A DNA stretch of 62,355 bases, filler included, from Choristocarpus tenellus KU-1152 (lineage: Eukaryota; Protista; Phaeophyceae), in assembly GCA_964200185.2 (NCBI GenBank). It is 11 parts of 11 records of this genome, joined end to end, with 100 filler letters (N's around TTAATTAATTAA, not from the genome) between each part and the next. Parts side by side here need not be neighbours in the genome. Positions count along the whole stretch, not along the records: positions 23,931 to 33,021 come from CAXNAD020003993.1; positions 33,122 to 39,567 come from CAXNAD020008127.1; 9 more parts are not named here. One strand, 5' to 3'. Positions 25,080-36,544 of the stretch are shown here, one piece after another. Every line of letters starts with the position of its first letter. Position 1 is the stretch's first letter. Both the position numbers and the translations under genes were made by a program. A model generated the notes under the pieces. It was not told the DNA's origin. It searched no databases and saw only the letters and a program-made list of their open reading frames with translations.

Positions 25080-25720
25080 AAAATCTGACAACTTTGTGCT
25101 ACTTTAAAATGAAAAAGTTCCCAGATTCCTGGTAATATTATTAAAAGAGTACTCCATACTTGGGAAGGATGCCCACTGCTTATACATAACGGCCCACGGC
25201 TCCTTCGCCTCTTGCGTCAAGCTCTGCGTTTGATGATGTTGTGCGTGATACACTCATTCTTTAGATTAAGGCGGAACGGCCTCGCAAGGTTAGCAGTTGT
25301 AGTTGGGCCAGAGAGAGAGTGTTGTTCAATTTGCGCTTGTAATGTCTCAAGAAAATTAACCACAGCAGTAGTGGGTTTAATGTCGTGTACACTAACGTGT
25401 GGTCACGTCAGTCCGCTTCTCATAACCTCGGTTTTCTTTGGACATGCATCGTATTCTCGACATTCGTAATCACCCATCCATCACATTGAACGGTTGCGTT
25501 CGTGTCTTTATCTTGTGTCACCCGACATTTTAATGCGAGAGGTTGCACTTGCTGACGGAGGATTGGTCACTCTCGGAGAAGTTGGAGGATTTCTGAGTTA
25601 TAGGTGGAACCCGTGGAAGATGGTTTCGCAAAAGGCTGCCGTTCCTCTCATGTGTTGTTCTGCCGCGTAACATTACGTATGAACACTATGATTACTTCCT
25701 TCCGTGGGTTTTTGTCGTTA
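25000..25720. promoter_or_regulatory. CpG-rich interval upstream of the lipase gene, candidate promoter or 5' region
   Basis: Visibly high CpG density against CpG-poor introns nearby. It lies between a predicted gene end and the first recognised lipase exon. Confidence 0.35.
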
Positions 25721-26122
25721 TCTTGTTCTAAGTATAATAGCAGCCATGTGGAAAAGGCAGGAGAGTTTGAGAAATGAGAATGTGCCTCTCTAGATCCTGT
25801 GATCCACGTTAGTGAAGTGGAGATGTCTGACACCATGCCAAAAAATTGGCCATCCATTTCAAGAGGACTATTCGGTCCAATCCCATCTCTTACTTAGTGT
25901 CGAAACACTGACACAATGTAAGCCATTGGAGCAATATCTAGTCCATCCAATAACATACGCCTTTCGATTTTATGAACCCCTCGCAACGAATCGAGTTTAG
26001 CCTTTCATTCATCATTATGCGTCCCAAAGATTGGCCTTGATGAGCAAGGATAATTGTGTTGTAGAATATCAAACTCCTTCTATGCCCTGCACCATTTGCG
26101 CTCCACCCTTGCAATACCCCAG

Positions 26123-27620
26123 CTCCTTTCGCATGCACCTGGGAGCGAGCTGCACAGACATTGAGGGGAGGCGTACATCGAGGGAACTGGCTGAGGATGA
26201 GGGTTTTGCTGTGGAGGATCATTATGCCACCACTGAGGACGGCTATGTGCTGGTGGTGCATCGGATTATTGATCCCAGTCAGGCAAGTAGTTGATGGATG
26301 TCCCTTGTGATGTTGTTTTGCGTCTGGAGAGTACACACAACGCACTCTGCACAGTAACCCTATTTTTTTTTTGTGAGTGCTTAGTACCTTTGTATTTTTT
26401 CTTCTCTTTGTAGTGTATCATGTTGGTTGTAGTATGTGCATCTTATCTGACTTCTAAATGTGAGCAGGCAAATTATTGGCTACTGCTGAAGCTTGTTTTC
26501 TCTTCCATTGAATCAAGCATCCTGTGCTATGTATATTTGCCTTGTATCCATTGGGTAGCAAAATTATATTCGTGGTGGCAGGATCACGTGAGTGATACTC
26601 TTTTTATGTGGAACCCTCTGGGTTTGATAGAGTTATTGCAAGCAAATGAGTTTGAATGCATGAATGGAGAAATAGCCAACGATGCTATGGGAAATGTTAG
26701 GTTGATCAGTTGTTTTATGTTTTGGGCTTTGCCTAGCTCCTTGTACCCCCATAATGTCTTCTTTGCCATGAGTGTTCTTATGTATTCTGGCGGCGGTGCA
26801 AGGAAGTACCAAGGTTATTCTAGTGTGGTGTCGGTCCATCTGCTGGGTATGCCTTTCCAATTGAGGACGACGAGGACAGGAAACACAATGGAGGGGGAAG
26901 AGAATGAGCAGAAGGGATCAGAGTTCTGAAGTTCAGCTCACCACCCTGGGGGAGAAAGAGAGCTTTGTCAATGAGTGGAAGAAGAATAAACACCTTGATC
27001 TGAGGTCACCCATCTTGTGCATTTTAAAGGTATACATGAGGGGGAATAAATCCAGTATGACTTTGTGTTTGATGTGCTTGGTAAAAGGAAACTATGCAAC
27101 GGCAGAAACTCATTTGGGAGACAGAAGTTCAACAACCCAAGGGACCATCTTCAGTGTACTCAAAACCCTGGCATAGGGAAGCAGATGGTGGTTATTTGTC
27201 TCGACCTCAGCACCAGATCGTACCAACATTCTACCTCACAAGTATGCATAAAATTGGATGCACTTGGAGATTGGAATTGTGCACATGCTGGTGGGGCAGT
27301 ACATGACACATGGCATAGCAGGTGGTGCAGCAAAGCAATGTACACCTATTGCCCATGCTGAGAGGTGGTGGCCCTGCAACAAGAGGCAGGTGGGTGAGGT
27401 TTTGCAGAGTTTCCCTTCAATGTTTACTAGGAGTTCAGCCGCTTCTTCCAGCAGGTAGCACGTAAGGAAGTGGAGGCCTCCCAGAGGATGACAGGGTTGA
27501 AATAGCTAATCTATGTAGTAGACTTTAGATTGATTTGTGCAAGCAGTCACGGGAAAGGGCTTTATCTTCCTGTACTCTGCACCCAACTTGACTGCTATGT
27601 ACTGGTTGTCCCTGCTGTAT

Positions 27621-27667
<47 letters not shown>

Positions 27668-30641
27668 ATTATAACATAATTACTTCCTCCGTTCGGAATT
27701 AAATGTTACATAATTTTTTCCAGGCTCTGTTCTCGCCCGGGAACGACCAACGTGATAAACCCTCTGGATGAGGCATAGTTCAAATATAGATTGGGAGGCC
27801 TGCGAAGTTTGAGGTGGTGGGCTGTCATGACTGCGGGGTATCACCACTACGAAGTTGAACAAGTTGTGTTTAATGGGTTTCAAGAACCTTGTGAAACTGT
27901 CGAAGCGGTTGTTTATTGGGATGCCTAGGACGAAGGCTCCCCTTTTTTCGAGTTGCTCGCTCATCCCATCATCACCCGTCAGCCCCAATTCTTCGACCCA
28001 GAAGTCTGCCCGGGGTTCAGACTCAAACACCCCAATGAAGAACAGTGTGGGGAGCGTAATGCCAGGAGGTGAGAGGGAATGAGACTTGGATGCCTTGGGG
28101 GACGGTGGCAGCCATCATAGAGGACTTCGGAATGTACCCAATCACTGTGTTCCATCATCTGAAGGAGTACGACGGCTAGATTGCATGGACCTTGTGCGAT
28201 GTCGCAAGGGGCAATGTGGCCTCTGTACCTGTGATGTTTGGGATGTGTCCATCGGTACACGGCGCGCATCCTTCTCCAAATGGGCGGCCAAGGCTGGGGT
28301 CTCCCTTGCCTTGTTGTGGGACCTGTGCAAGCGCAAGGGGAAGAAGGTCGAGCGGTGGGTTAAGCCAGTCCTCTCAGACCAGCAGAAAGTCAACAGGGTG
28401 GGTTTTGTCATCAGCTGCACGCACAGGAGGAAGTAGGTATTTAGTGGACGATCTGTATGACTGTGTGCATGTGGATTAGAAGTGGTTTTACATCCTCAAA
28501 GATGGGCAAGGTATGTATCTACGACCCACTGAGTACCCCCCCAACACCCCGCGATCACAGAGTAAGCTTTACATCACAAAGTTGATGTTCCTTGCAGCTG
28601 TGGCCCGCCCTAGGAAGCTCTCCAACGGGTTGCGGTTCGATGGGAAAATCGGGATCTGCCCAATCGTGGACACTATGCGGCGCTCCAGTTAACACCCCCC
28701 CAAGGGCACCATAGTGCTTGTGTCAGTCATGGTGGACGGGGAGAGGTATAAGAAGCTCCTGATCGGGGATATCATGCCGGCAATCAAGGCCTGCATGCCT
28801 ATGCCGGAAGGACACACCATCTTTGTGCAGTACCACCCACCAAGGGAGGGGTCATGGAGGCAGTTGAGGAGGCGGTGAGGGACGGTATTGTCATAGAGAC
28901 CCAGCCAGCCAACTCACCTGTCCGCAAAGCTGATGACCTGGGATTCTTTCATTACATCCAGCAACTGAAGGAAGCCGTGGGGGTGACCAACACGGAGGAG
29001 CTGATGGAGGCCAAAATGGAGGCATTCGATTTGTACCCCCGAGAGACACTAGAGAGTATGGGAGAGCCTCTTCACAGTCTATTGTGAAGTGATGGGTCCA
29101 AGGGTGTCAACTTCTTCAAAATACTCCATCTTAGCAAGAAAAAGACTGAGAAGGTGGGCAAGCTCCCCCCAAATGTCCCAGTGAAGCAGTGAAATACTGT
29201 GCTGGAATGGAGTTTTGGAGGGCTTTGGGGGCGGAATCATAAATAGGTGTAGGCTTCTCCTTTTTTCTTCATATTTCGGTGGGCAAGCTTTTAGTGTCTG
29301 TACAATACACCCATGAAACACTATTGTGTGGAAAAAAAAACTTGATTCTTCATCTGGGGTGCAAAAGTTAAGTTACATTTAATTCTGAACAGAGGAAGTA
29401 GAGTTTTATCACTAGATTAAAGTGTGTTGAACCCCGAGGATGCGGATCTTCTGGTGTTCCTCACAACACCAAGCTAAAGGTGGATCTGTGGCAAGATGGC
29501 AAGAAAGCTGATGCCAACTGAAGACTACAGTCGCAGCAGCAGTGTGTAGCCATAATAATGACGAAGTTTTTTCCCACTGACCGTTCTGCAGGCTTTGGAG
29601 CAAAACTGGGTTCAAGAGTGTGCTGATGTCACAGCTTAGGCAGTGACAAGTGGTGTAAAAAGAGCTCATAGATGCATGCATCTCAAATTGTATTCACCGC
29701 CAATGAGGCCTATCACCAACTGAAGAGGGCTTGAACCTTGCAGCGTTTTGCCAAGATCGACTTGAGTGATGCACACACACACTTTGATTTACTATTGAGC
29801 ACATTGGTGGAGGATTTAACATGAGCTTACACCAAAACAATTCATGACGCCTACACTAACCATCCTAACCTGCATGAGAGTCAGTCATAGCTTCTTCGCT
29901 ATTCTTAACAATCCTAGTCCCATTCCCTGTTGTTGATGCCTCCATCTCTACCGCTTCTGAATCGTGTTGGACCTTCCTCCTCATTCCCTCCCCCCTATTT
30001 ACCACTGCCCACAAGCTATGTCAACTGAGTCCTCTAAGAACCTTTCCCGTCTTGATGCCACCCGGCTCTCTGCTGACCTTTTCTGTGTTGTCGCTTATCC
30101 TCACCATACTTTAGGATCCTTCTGCAGCACGCCCTGCAGTACTGCTGATGCATGGCCTCATGCAGGACTCTGAGGCGCTGCTTTGTGGGGGACGGTGAGT
30201 TTGATGCTCAAGTGGAGGAAGGAAGGGGGGAGGGAGGATGTGTGTTTCCACTCACTTTCAATATGCTTCTCCTCGGTGGTAGCTTGGTGCTCTGCCAATA
30301 ACATGTATGGGTTTTTGGTTGGATGGACCTAGCTAGGGATCATTGGATTTTCTTCCCAAGACACAAACTGCATGTCTCCTGCAATATGCTCTGCTGGCCC
30401 CTGTTGTGAACATTGAGCCTTGCCTGTCGTTGGGATGCATCCGCAGGAAGTACTCCCTCGGGTTACATCTTGCAACAGCAGGGTTTGACGTTTTTTGTGG
30501 AAACAATCGGGGCAACCGCTACAGCCACAAGCACCTCAGGATGAGCCCTGCGCATTCTGACCAATACTGGGACTTTAGCATCGATGAGTTGGCAAGGTAT
30601 GATGTGCCTGCCATGGTCGACAGGGTGCTGCTCGTGACAGG
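26123..30641 (+). CDS. Acid lipase / sterol esterase family (Abhydro_lipase plus alpha/beta hydrolase), partial: exons 26123-26282, 30115-30194, 30447-30641
   Basis: EDHYATTEDGYVLVVHRI / RPAVLLMHGLMQDSE / LATAGFDVFCGNNRGNRYSHKH...YWDFSIDELARYDVPAMVD. Exons join in phase. The first of these introns is GC-AG. The exon with the nucleophile motif was not found in this contig. Confidence 0.92.
27625..27666. repeat. (AG)n microsatellite
   Basis: About 21 perfect AG units just upstream of the mariner TIR. Confidence 0.97.
27683..29398 (+). mobile_element. Full-length dead plant-type (Soymar/Osmar-like) mariner, family 1, inside the lipase intron
   Basis: TA|CTTCCTCCGTTCGGAATTAAATGT...ACATTTAATTCTGAACAGAGGAAG|TA. 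Transposase motifs VKPVLSDQQKVNRV, VHVD*KWFY, KLMFLAAVARP, FDGKIGI, QPANSP and DLGFF, with stops and frameshifts. Confidence 0.93.
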
Positions 30642-33600
30642 GTAAGAGGTTTGAATGGGAGGCGGGGAAGAAGATAGGGGACTGTGTTCCTTGCAACATA
30701 ATGTTTGTGCTTGTGTGTGTGCGGGAAAATGAGGGGGTTGAGTATAAAGAATCGGAAGGTGAAACAAGGACTGTTTTGACAGTGTTGACGAGGGGATTTC
30801 AATCTAATCTTCCAGACATTGATCCTGGAAACGTCAAGACATTTTGAGCATTTTGTTTTTGTCCAAATCCCCTCTAAAAGACATCACACGGATCATTAGT
30901 GACCTGATGACTCTTTGGTTGATGTGTGTAGCATCGCCCATCTTTGAGAAACGTTCGATACATGGATAGAGGTTTATAGTGAAAATTGTGTGTTAGGAGT
31001 ATTATTAGGTGGTGGATGGGTCCACATTTTGAAACTCCACATGTTTGGGTAGTATTTTCCGCTTTACCGTTGTTTTTTTTGAGAAGTGTCACTGCCATCA
31101 TTTTAGGAAACTCATTGCACAGGCACTTCATACCATTCGGAAAACGTTTTGAGGTTGAAAGCAGGACTGCACAGCGGTCACTATCTATAAACCCTGCGAA
31201 TTGTTTATATACGTAGGCACTATGAATATTTGTTGTTCTGTCATCTTCTCATATTTAAGAAATATCTTTATTCCCTATAGCCATAAGCCTAATATTTTGT
31301 GGGAAGAATCGTGCCACAATACTAAAAATATAAATAGAATAAATGAGTACACAGTACAAATACCGGCTTCCACCCTTCACATCACTGTGGGGAGGAGGGG
31401 AAAATGGTCCTTTCCTGGACATCTATACAGTTCACTTCTGTGAGAAAGGATGTGGAAATAATTGAAAGAGCTTCATGGGCGCTAGTTTTGATGCAGAATC
31501 CAATGGTCACCACCTCACCTGCTGGTTCCTCCTCCAGAAGGATATATTTTATATTCCTGAAGAATGGCTCCAATACTTGTATACTGTGAAAGAAATTTAC
31601 AACTTCTTTGCATTGGGTATTGCAACAAATAAGAGCAAGTATTAACTCGTAGTCTTCCTTTCACTTATTCACAGTCAGTTCCGTGTTTCTGCGGCAACTT
31701 ATGTGTATATAACCTGTGAATTGTGTCCACAGCTCTGGGTTGTGCATGTTCTTTGTAATAGCTTGCCAATACATTTTCCAACTCCAAAGGGTACACATGC
31801 CCGGTTGCAATGGCAGATGCAACCCAGTGGCCGTTGATATCAACACCTTCTCGACTATTACACACAACTCTCATCCCTGACTTAGGCCATATTCCAGGGC
31901 TAAGAAAATATAATGCAGATATTGTCTCCATTTTTGGCACAGATCCCCCGAAAGAGTAGTTGCTGTTGGATAGGTACTCCTTTGGTTGGATGGAGGGTGG
32001 TGGATGGCCTGGTGGGTGTTTGAGTGCGTACATCCTTCCTGCTTTGCCCACTTCACACTAGTGTCCTACTTGTACTATCTCCATGTCCATACTCAAGGGA
32101 ATAGTGGAGGAGAGTGAAGGGGGTGATTGGCAGGGGAAAGGCAAGCTTGGCCCTCTGGTGAGAGTCATCTGCATGGCTAAAGGAAAGTTCCCTTCCAATA
32201 AGTGTCTAGATGAAAGCTGTTTTCTGAGCTATTACTGCAGGTATTCACCTCCTCGGCTCCTTGTATGCCTCCCTTGTCTGTTTATTGATGGCCAAGTACA
32301 AATATGTTGGGGATGGTGGATAAAGGAATCCTCCAGTCCTAGATCAATGATGAGAGCTGTTGGCTCAAAGTCTGACCCAAATCTATGCTTTGAAGTGTTT
32401 GTTGCTCCTGATGTAGAGCCTAGTGATAAGTGACGCGGTAGTTTTAGTCAAGGTACAAGTTCAGTTATTAATCACGAGAAGTTGATACTGAAGATATTCA
32501 AAATGTTGCAGAACTGTTGAATTGTAGCCAATATTCTCGATGGTATATGATTTTTTTTTCGCTTTGTACTGTGTAGTAGTACACATTTTGTGCTGTAGTA
32601 AGGTATCTCCTGGGCACTAATTAGTTGGTGTCTATGCGTTGGACAAGTCGTAGCCAATTAATTAACTCATTTGTGCTCCACAAATCAGTAGACAAGAACC
32701 TTGTACAAATATTTGTATGGGAAGGTTGAAGGAGTAGTGATGATGTACAAATCATATCTGTCCAAGACTCTTGTTCCACAAATCATGTACTGAGTACAAC
32801 TCAATGTTGGGGAATGATGTACAAATCTCAATTTTTAATATAACCTTGTTGGTTAGCATGTACGCGTGATTTGTACATATCAATCACCATTTTATCAACA
32901 TGAGTAATTGATTTGTTGCTACGTAAAAACAGAAGGTATTTTTCGTACAAATCTTACACTGTGATTGACCCAACGTATCTGGGGGGGGGGGGGGGGGCGG
33001 GGGCGGCGTTTGCTCAGGATTNNNNNNNNNNNNNNNNNNNNNNNNNNNNNNNNNNNNNNNNNNNNTTAATTAATTAANNNNNNNNNNNNNNNNNNNNNNN
33101 NNNNNNNNNNNNNNNNNNNNNCACCCCCCCCCCCCAGATACTTTGACCCTTGTTCCTGTGGTCTGCCCTAGGAAGTCTCCAATGGGGTGTGGTTCAATGG
33201 GATATCGGGATCTGACCAATCCTGGACACTAAGGTTGCTCAGCGCGCTCCAGCAAACACCGTCCCAATGGCACTAAGGTGCTTATGCCAGCCACGTTGGA
33301 AGGAGAGAAGTATAAGAAGCACATGATCGAGGATGTGATCCCGGCAATCAAGGCCTGTCTGTATGTCTAGGCCAGAAGGACACACCATCTTCGTGTATCA
33401 AGATGGGGCAAGCCACACACCAAGGGGGGGATCATGGAGCCAATTGAAGAGGCGGCTGGGGACGGCATTGTCATAGAAACCCAGCCAGCCAACTCACCTG
33501 ACCTCTCAACGTCAACGACCGGGGATTCTTTCATTCCATCCAAGAACTGAAGAAAGACGTGGGGGAGACCAACACAGAAGAGTTGGTGGAGACCACAATG

Positions 33601-34112
33601 GAGGTGTTCGATGTGTACCCCCAGAAGACACTAGAACATATCTGGCAGACCTATACGCAGTCTATGGTGAAGTGTTGAGCCCCAAAGGTGACAACATCTT
33701 CAAATTTCCCCATCTTAGCAAGGAAAAGGCTGAGAAGGCGGGCAAGCTCCCGAATGCCCCAGTGAATGCAGCGAAAAATGTGCTGGATTGGCGTTTTGGA
33801 GGGCTTCGCAGGCGGAATCATAGATAAGTGTAGGCTGGCCCGTTTTGCTAGAGATTTTGTTGGGCAAACTTTTAGTGTCTCCACAATATTCCCATAAAGG
33901 GAAAGCTTATGAAGTATCTGAGGTTTGTGGGCCGAAGAATTCTGGTAGGAAATGATGTACAGGGAAGGGAGGGGTGAGGAAGGAAAAAATAATAATTAGT
34001 CAAGGGTTAGACAAAGAGTTAAGTACTGAGTGCCTAGGAGGAAGAAGTGGTACAAGCGAAGTTTAAGAAATGGGTTGTAGGTGGAAGCATGAGGTAAGAA
34101 GGAATGATCAGA

Positions 34113-34371
34113 TTGTGAAAGTATCTTAGAGGTTACGAGTTTTGCCCTGTTTGTCCATTTGGGGCTTAGATTTCATTGGGTTATTTTATGACATTTTCCC
34201 ACTACAAAATGTTTAGGAGCAGGTGAAGTATATATGTTACGAAAAGGTGTGCCCGGAACAAGGATATTGACACTTCCAACAAATACACAATAGCCAAAAT
34301 TTCATCAAAATCGCGACATTGGATATTGGCCCCAAATAGACGTGACTCTACCCTCTAAGATACTTTGACTC
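34113..34371. mobile_element. MITE family A
   Basis: GAAAGTATCTTAGAGG...TACCCTCTAAGATACTTTGACTC; inverted homolog of 6185-6442. Confidence 0.85.
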
Positions 34372-34469
34372 CAGAACGTAAGGAAAAACTAAGGTTGGGG
34401 ATACAGGACGAGGAGGGCTAGAACAAGACAACCTCTGAGCAATCTGTGTGACTCCTTCGCCTCTGGTTT

Positions 34470-34762
34470 CCTGCCACCGCCCTCCTCTCTCTGATGACCA
34501 ACCAGTGCGAACCCCCTTTGATTTCCAGTCACCCCCCACATCCGATGACCAACCAGTGCGAACTCCTTTCGCCACTGATTTCAAGCAATCGCCCACCTCT
34601 GATGACCAACCAGTGCAAATCCCCTTCGCCACTGATTTCCAGTCACCTCCCTATACGATGACCAACCAATGCAAACTCCTTTCACCACTGTTTTCCAGTC
34701 ACCAACCACCTCTTATGACCAACCAGGGCGATCCCTTCACCTCTGATTTCCAGTCACCAACC
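34470..34762. repeat. Tandem repeat, about 57-bp unit, about 5 copies
   Basis: GCCACTGATTTCCAGTCACC...GATGACCAACCAGTGCGAA..CCCTTC repeated. It shows in the ORF track as SDDQPVRTPFATDFQSPPT units. Confidence 0.88.
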
Positions 34763-36025
34763 CACCCTTCAACCCCACTCAACCCCACACCACTTACCAC
34801 TCCACCACACCATTCAAAACCGCTCCCCCCCACAAGACTTTCCCAACTTTCTGCTTCCCAACACCATTCAACACCACTCAACCCTTCAACACTTTCCACC
34901 ACTTTCCACTCCCTCACACCACTCAACACCACTCAACACCACTCCGCAATAATCCAAGAACACACCTTCATTGTCCACTTCATACCGTGCCTTTGAACTA
35001 GAAGACATCTACCCCACCCGAACTTGATCCCCCCCTCCCCACCCAGCATCCCAATTGGCCGTGAGCAAGTGAAAGGGTGGGTGGGTGGTTGATTGGTCGC
35101 AAGTGGTGGTACAATGGGGAGGAGGGAACTGGGTGGAAAGCAAACATTGAATAAAGTAATAATGACAATAATCCAGAATTCATGACCAAAGCGAAATATG
35201 AACATGTGAAAAAAAATCTTGCTCTTTTGTTGGGACTGAAAAAGTTATGTTATATTTAATTCCGAACGGTGGAAGTAAGGGTGAAATATATGTGAATATG
35301 TGTATGGTTATAAAAACTGTACTTGGAAGTAATACATAATCAGGACATTAACTTACGAACTTGTATGAAGTAGACACATCATTATTATGTCCTCTAACTA
35401 TTTTGCATAGGTGTCAGGAGGTGGAACAGAGACAACACTAGGTGGTAAAAACTACAAAGGATACAATAATAGTTAGTTGTCATCAATGCTAACATACCTC
35501 TCTAAAAAAAAGTCCCCTTGGACATTGTTCTCTACTAATAACTAACGTACACGTTGCTATTCTTTGAACCCACTTCATAGCCTATGAAGGTAAGTGACGA
35601 TCCAGGGAAGCATGTCAAGAACCTGCTAGGCCTCTTCTTGCCCAACTCCCCGTTGTCTCAAGTTTGAAACAACTCAATGGGAAGTATTGTGTACATTGCT
35701 TCAGCCCTAAACCTACACAACCATAACCATACGAAGGTGGGCGACGACCTAGGAAAGCATTCCAACAATCTATCAGGTCCCTTCTTACCCACCCACCCTG
35801 GTGTCTCTCCCTTGAAGTGTGTGACGTCCCCTCGAAAGAGCCACTCACTACTTGTGCAGTGCAGTCACTCTCATCATCTATCTCGTGCACGACTAACTAC
35901 GTAGAACATGTATCTTTATGACCACTCACATCATGTAGGGATTGTCATCTAGGAAAAACAAGAAGTAAGAACGGGAGAAGATATTAATACTTATTAGTAA
36001 TAATAGGATAATAGAGACTACTACT

Positions 36026-36207
36026 GGGTCAAAGTATCTGGGGGGGGGTGGTGGTTTGTGAGGGGGCGTCCGTTTCGGTCAAACAACTCTTTTTTTTTTT
36101 CTGACATTTCAAATCCGACATGTGCGACCAAATCACACCAAAAAAGTGAAAATCGAAAAAAGGGTGAAAAACGGACGCCGACACCCCCCCCCCAGATACT
36201 TTGACCC
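36026..36207. mobile_element. MITE family B, complete, TSD ACT
   Basis: Perfect TIR GGGTCAAAGTATCTGGGGGGGGG / CCCCCCCCCAGATACTTTGACCC with ACT on both sides. Confidence 0.92.
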
Positions 36208-36544
36208 ACTGGAGTAGAGGAATCATCATTCGTAACAAACATAACACAACCAAGCACTTAAGGACTGCAACCATATATCAGATACACCCCAAACAAACAA
36301 AGGTATTGTATGTAGAACAGTGGAGAAATCCAACTAAAGGGAAGACTTCAAAACCGACTCTATCATGGACAGCGATAATGATGGGAACAGGAATTCACGT
36401 GAAGGTTATCCTAATCCATTGACATGGAGTCCCTAATTTGAACGTTTGATTATGTAGTATACTAATGGAAATCCGAGCGATTTTGGGTTGTGCGCGCGGT
36501 CATTGAAGAAGTACATTTACATCGAGACCATTGAACTTTTTCTC

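Larger units (their letters stand above)
33150..35275 (+). mobile_element. 3' half of mariner family 1 carrying an insertion of about 1.3 kb (33898-35193)
   Basis: 33150-33897 is homologous to 28595-29315 (QDG-x-KPH...QPANSPDL-x-VND-x-GFF). Right TIR TTTAATTCCGAACGGTGGAAG|TA ends at 35275. Confidence 0.85.

Noticed and set aside
27683-29398. Mariner carrying a Fanzor/TnpB-like cargo
   Set aside because: The element is only 1.7 kb and is largely accounted for by transposase remnants; no RuvC or zinc-finger motifs were seen.
34488-34620. Tandem CTGATGA...CGAA as hammerhead ribozymes (retrozyme-like)
   Set aside because: No pairable stem II between CTGATGA and GAA, the GAAA core is absent, and only some units keep CTGATGA.
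34448-34996. 182-aa Pro/Thr-rich ORF as a repeat protein
   Set aside because: It is a by-product of tandem DNA repeats inside a TE insert, and the repeat register shifts frame midway.
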